NCBI RefSeq assembly: GCF_000143415.4
Contig: NW_003314317.1
Coordinates: 124,001 to 188,000 of the forward strand
Direction: 5' to 3'
DNA: 64,000 bases
DNA from: Selaginella moellendorffii
Taxonomy: Eukaryota; Plantae; Lycopodiophyta
The translations under genes and the position numbers were made by a program. The notes beneath the pieces were generated by a model. That model was not told the DNA's origin and made no database searches. It was given only the letters and a program-made list of their open reading frames with translations. Below, piece by piece: positions 61,064 to 64,000 of this stretch (position 1 is the first letter of the stretch; every line of letters begins with the position of its first letter).

Positions 61064-61934
61064 CCTAAACTACTATATTCTTATATTGTAATTATATTTA
61101 TACACACAACTACTGATGGTAGAGATTGCATTGACTTGACAACCTCCGTCCAAGTGTTACCCAATCGGTGATCCATATGCAAAACTCCCAACAATAGAAT
61201 GCCTAGCCAATATCAATTTCCTTATTGATATTTTCATTCAGCAAGCCTGTGGGCCAGCATTCTTTTTTATCTTGAGGCGATAACCTACATTAGCCTAGCT
61301 TGTTTTATATATCTATATGGTATATATTTAAAAAATTTAAATTTCTTTAGCATAATTTATAATTAAAGAGTATCTTATTTGGTATATGCTAAAGTCAATT
61401 TTATGATTTAGATAATACAAATAATTTGTTATACTTAGCAATTACAAATTAAGACAAGCTCAAATAGCTAAATTGTAATTATAATCAATTAAACTAAATA
61501 TCCAAATACTTGTGATTCCACTAGAGCATAAAATCAATCACATGCAAATTCAAGCCAAAGGAATGGGAATTGTACCCATACAATTGTGGGAGCTTGTGCT
61601 TATGTTGCATCCAGCTGCAAGTGCTTTTATGGTGATCATGAATTTCGTTTGCAGTAGTTAACTTTGCTAGCAAGATATATTGATCAATTGAAGTTACAAC
61701 TGGGTTTCACATATTTTTGACAGCCAATTCTTTATATACTATGTGCAATATTGGATTTGGCATTCATTCAGTCCCACTTACAAGGCTTTCTTTCAAATTT
61801 GTTTTTCATTGTTTTTGGTTGCTTTAGAAGAAAACCCACAATATTCAAATCTATATATAATTAGGCAACAAGATAGAAATATTACGAGTATAAAAGGAAA
61901 GAAGCTCACATTCTCTACAAGAAAACCCTGCGTC

Positions 61935-64000
61935 CTAGTTCCTGACCAAGCTTCGGCCGATTTTCAGCAGCTTCTTCAAGCCCGAGTCCTTGTTCTTCAT
62001 CTTGTGCGGGACGTAGATCACTTCCACATCCGGAGGGATTGGTTTCGCTGCTACCATGCCTTCCACTCGCGGCTGGAAGCTCGCGGCCTTGATCTCTTGC
62101 TGCGAGCTAGCCACTTTCATCTGCGAAACCGGTTCCATCACTTTCGAGCTCGTGGCCTTGATCTGCGAAACGTCTCCCACTTTCGAGCTCGCAGCTTCTC
62201 CATCTTGCGAGCTAGCGGCTTTGATCTGCGAAACTGGTTCCACCTGCGAGCTCGTGACTTTGATCTGCGCTTCCACTGCTTCCACTGCTTCGCCACTGCC
62301 AACTTCTTTTGTTTGCCGAGAGCTAGCGTCTCTGACCTGTGAAACTTTTATCTGCGCTTCCACTGCTTCCACTGCTTCGCTGCTCCCAACTTCTTTTGCA
62401 TCTCTGATCTGTGTGACTTGTGTCGGTTGGACTGGGCTTAGCGTTTCCCTGCTGCTGCCTTTGTCTCCGGGGGGTTCCACCGCCGGAACACTGCTATCGT
62501 CATCTTTTGCGTGGCGAGAGTTTGCCACCATTTTCACTTCCGGGATATCTTTCGTTTGCTCAAAGCTGACGGCCTCGATCTGTGGGACTTCGAGGGAGAT
62601 ACCACTGCTGCCGTAGTGGAGCTCATCGGCCTTTTCCAGAGTCTCGGTGCTCAGCCCTGGAGACGCTACTCTTTCGGCACTCTTAGTACTTACTTGCTGC
62701 AGGTGAGAAGAGGACGACGACTCGTTAGGATTCAATGAAATGGAACTCGTCACCCCCGGGGGAGCATTACCTGAAACTTTGGCTTTCTCCTGGCTAGAGG
62801 CTGCCGGAGCTGGAGTCGATGGGACTCCCTTGAGACTCCTGGACGAGGCCGACCGAGAGTCTGTTTGTGAGAGAGAAGATCCTGCCCGGTTTGTGGAAGC
62901 CTTCTGTGTCTCCGGTTTTACCAGTTCTCGCACCGACGCTACGCTTTTCCTCGTCACAGGCGTTGGCTTTTTAGCAGAGGATGATTCTCCTGCTTTTCCA
63001 GTTGCTCCCTGCTGTCGGACGGCCGGCGGCTTTGCGTTTTCCTTGCGAACGTCTGCAAGGGAGGGGACGGATCGGCTGAGAGGATTGCTGCTTGACGCTG
63101 GCTTTTTCACTGAAGAACTCTTGTTTGTTGTCGTCGAACTCAATGCTCGGGTCGGGGGCTTGCTAGTAGTACTGGTTCTACTCACTTTGGATACGGCCGG
63201 CTGAGATTTTGGTGTTGAAGTGCCTCCGGTTCGTGCAGCAATTCGATTGCGACGTTCAGCCGCAATTTCTTCGAGACGTTTCCTCTCTGCCTCCTCCTGC
63301 AAGTACCAAGGATGGTTAGATACACGCAGTCAGCATATAACATACCTTCTCTCTTTTTGTTTTCAGAATTGATGATCTTGTTGCCTTGAACCGAGAAGAC
63401 AATTCGGCCTTTCGTTTGTCTAGCGTGTCTTGCAGCGACTTCAGTCTTGCTTCTCTCTCTGCCTTCTTCGGCCCAGCCTCCTTCGTCAACTTAGCGTCTC
63501 GCTGTTCATGGTATTGCTCGTAAAATTCCTCCTCGACTTCCTCTTCTGGTGTAGGCTCAGGTTTCGGTTGCATGGCCGACATTGCCTCCATTTCAACGTT
63601 GACGTCGCTCCATCGCTTCTCAAGTGACTCCTTCCCCACCGATCTCTCTGGCAGCATCCATATATCCTCCGGCTCGAACTTTGGACTTTCAGGCTTTTCT
63701 TTTGTCTCTACGTAAAGCTGGTCTGCCGGCATTTCGAGCTCCAAGGTCCGTCTTGTCACCTCTGAGGTATCAAGAGCAGGTCGAGAAGGGACGATAAAAA
63801 GATCCTGTAGTACTGCATCTGAACTCGTATCCTTGGAATCGTCCTGTCGATTTTGATGCTGATAAGACTCGTCTATCGGATGTGCTGAATCCGAGAAACC
63901 AGAACGCTGGGGAATGATGAAGGAATCGTCCAAGTTACCATCGTGTTGGCCTGCTTTCCTGAAAGACAGTTCTGAGTCGTGATTGCTAGAGACGAAACGC
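61935..64000 (-). CDS. COP1-interacting protein 7-like gene, 3' part (runs off the window)
   Basis: DDSFIIP, EPEDIWMLPERS, KREK|EEAERKRLEEI..RIAAR, NPLSRSVPSLADVRKENAKP, GLKKLLKIGR; intron 63297-63345. Confidence 0.75.

Overview
Eukaryotic plant DNA, most likely a lycophyte such as Selaginella. This is an inference from PLS-class PPR genes with a WW-type DYW domain, 44-56 nt introns and dense gene packing. The left ~26 kb is a nested transposon stack. A decayed Gypsy is interrupted by a chromodomain Gypsy (5680-21274) with an apparently self-priming PBS and a GGGAAAC frameshift. Its RT is interrupted by a 10.1-kb TIR DNA transposon (8374-18471; 24-bp TIRs, 4-bp GGAG TSD). That transposon carries a Sola-like transposase and a divergently oriented cargo gene whose C-terminus resembles a degenerate beta-class N4/N6 DNA methyltransferase, and it is studded with a 22-bp palindrome. 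A 5S-bearing Cassandra TRIM and Copia remnants follow. The right ~38 kb is genic: a Crinkler-type REase-kinase, an IPC synthase, four germin-like genes (one broken), a triplicated RING-remnant / DUF2236 (mpaB/Lcp-like) oxygenase / germin module (one copy inverted, with reciprocal pseudogenisation), a DYW PPR, an E-type PPR, a folate-receptor-like gene, a decayed bulb-type lectin spanning an N gap, and the 3' part of a COP1-interacting-protein-like gene. All family assignments come from motif recognition by eye; no searches were run.
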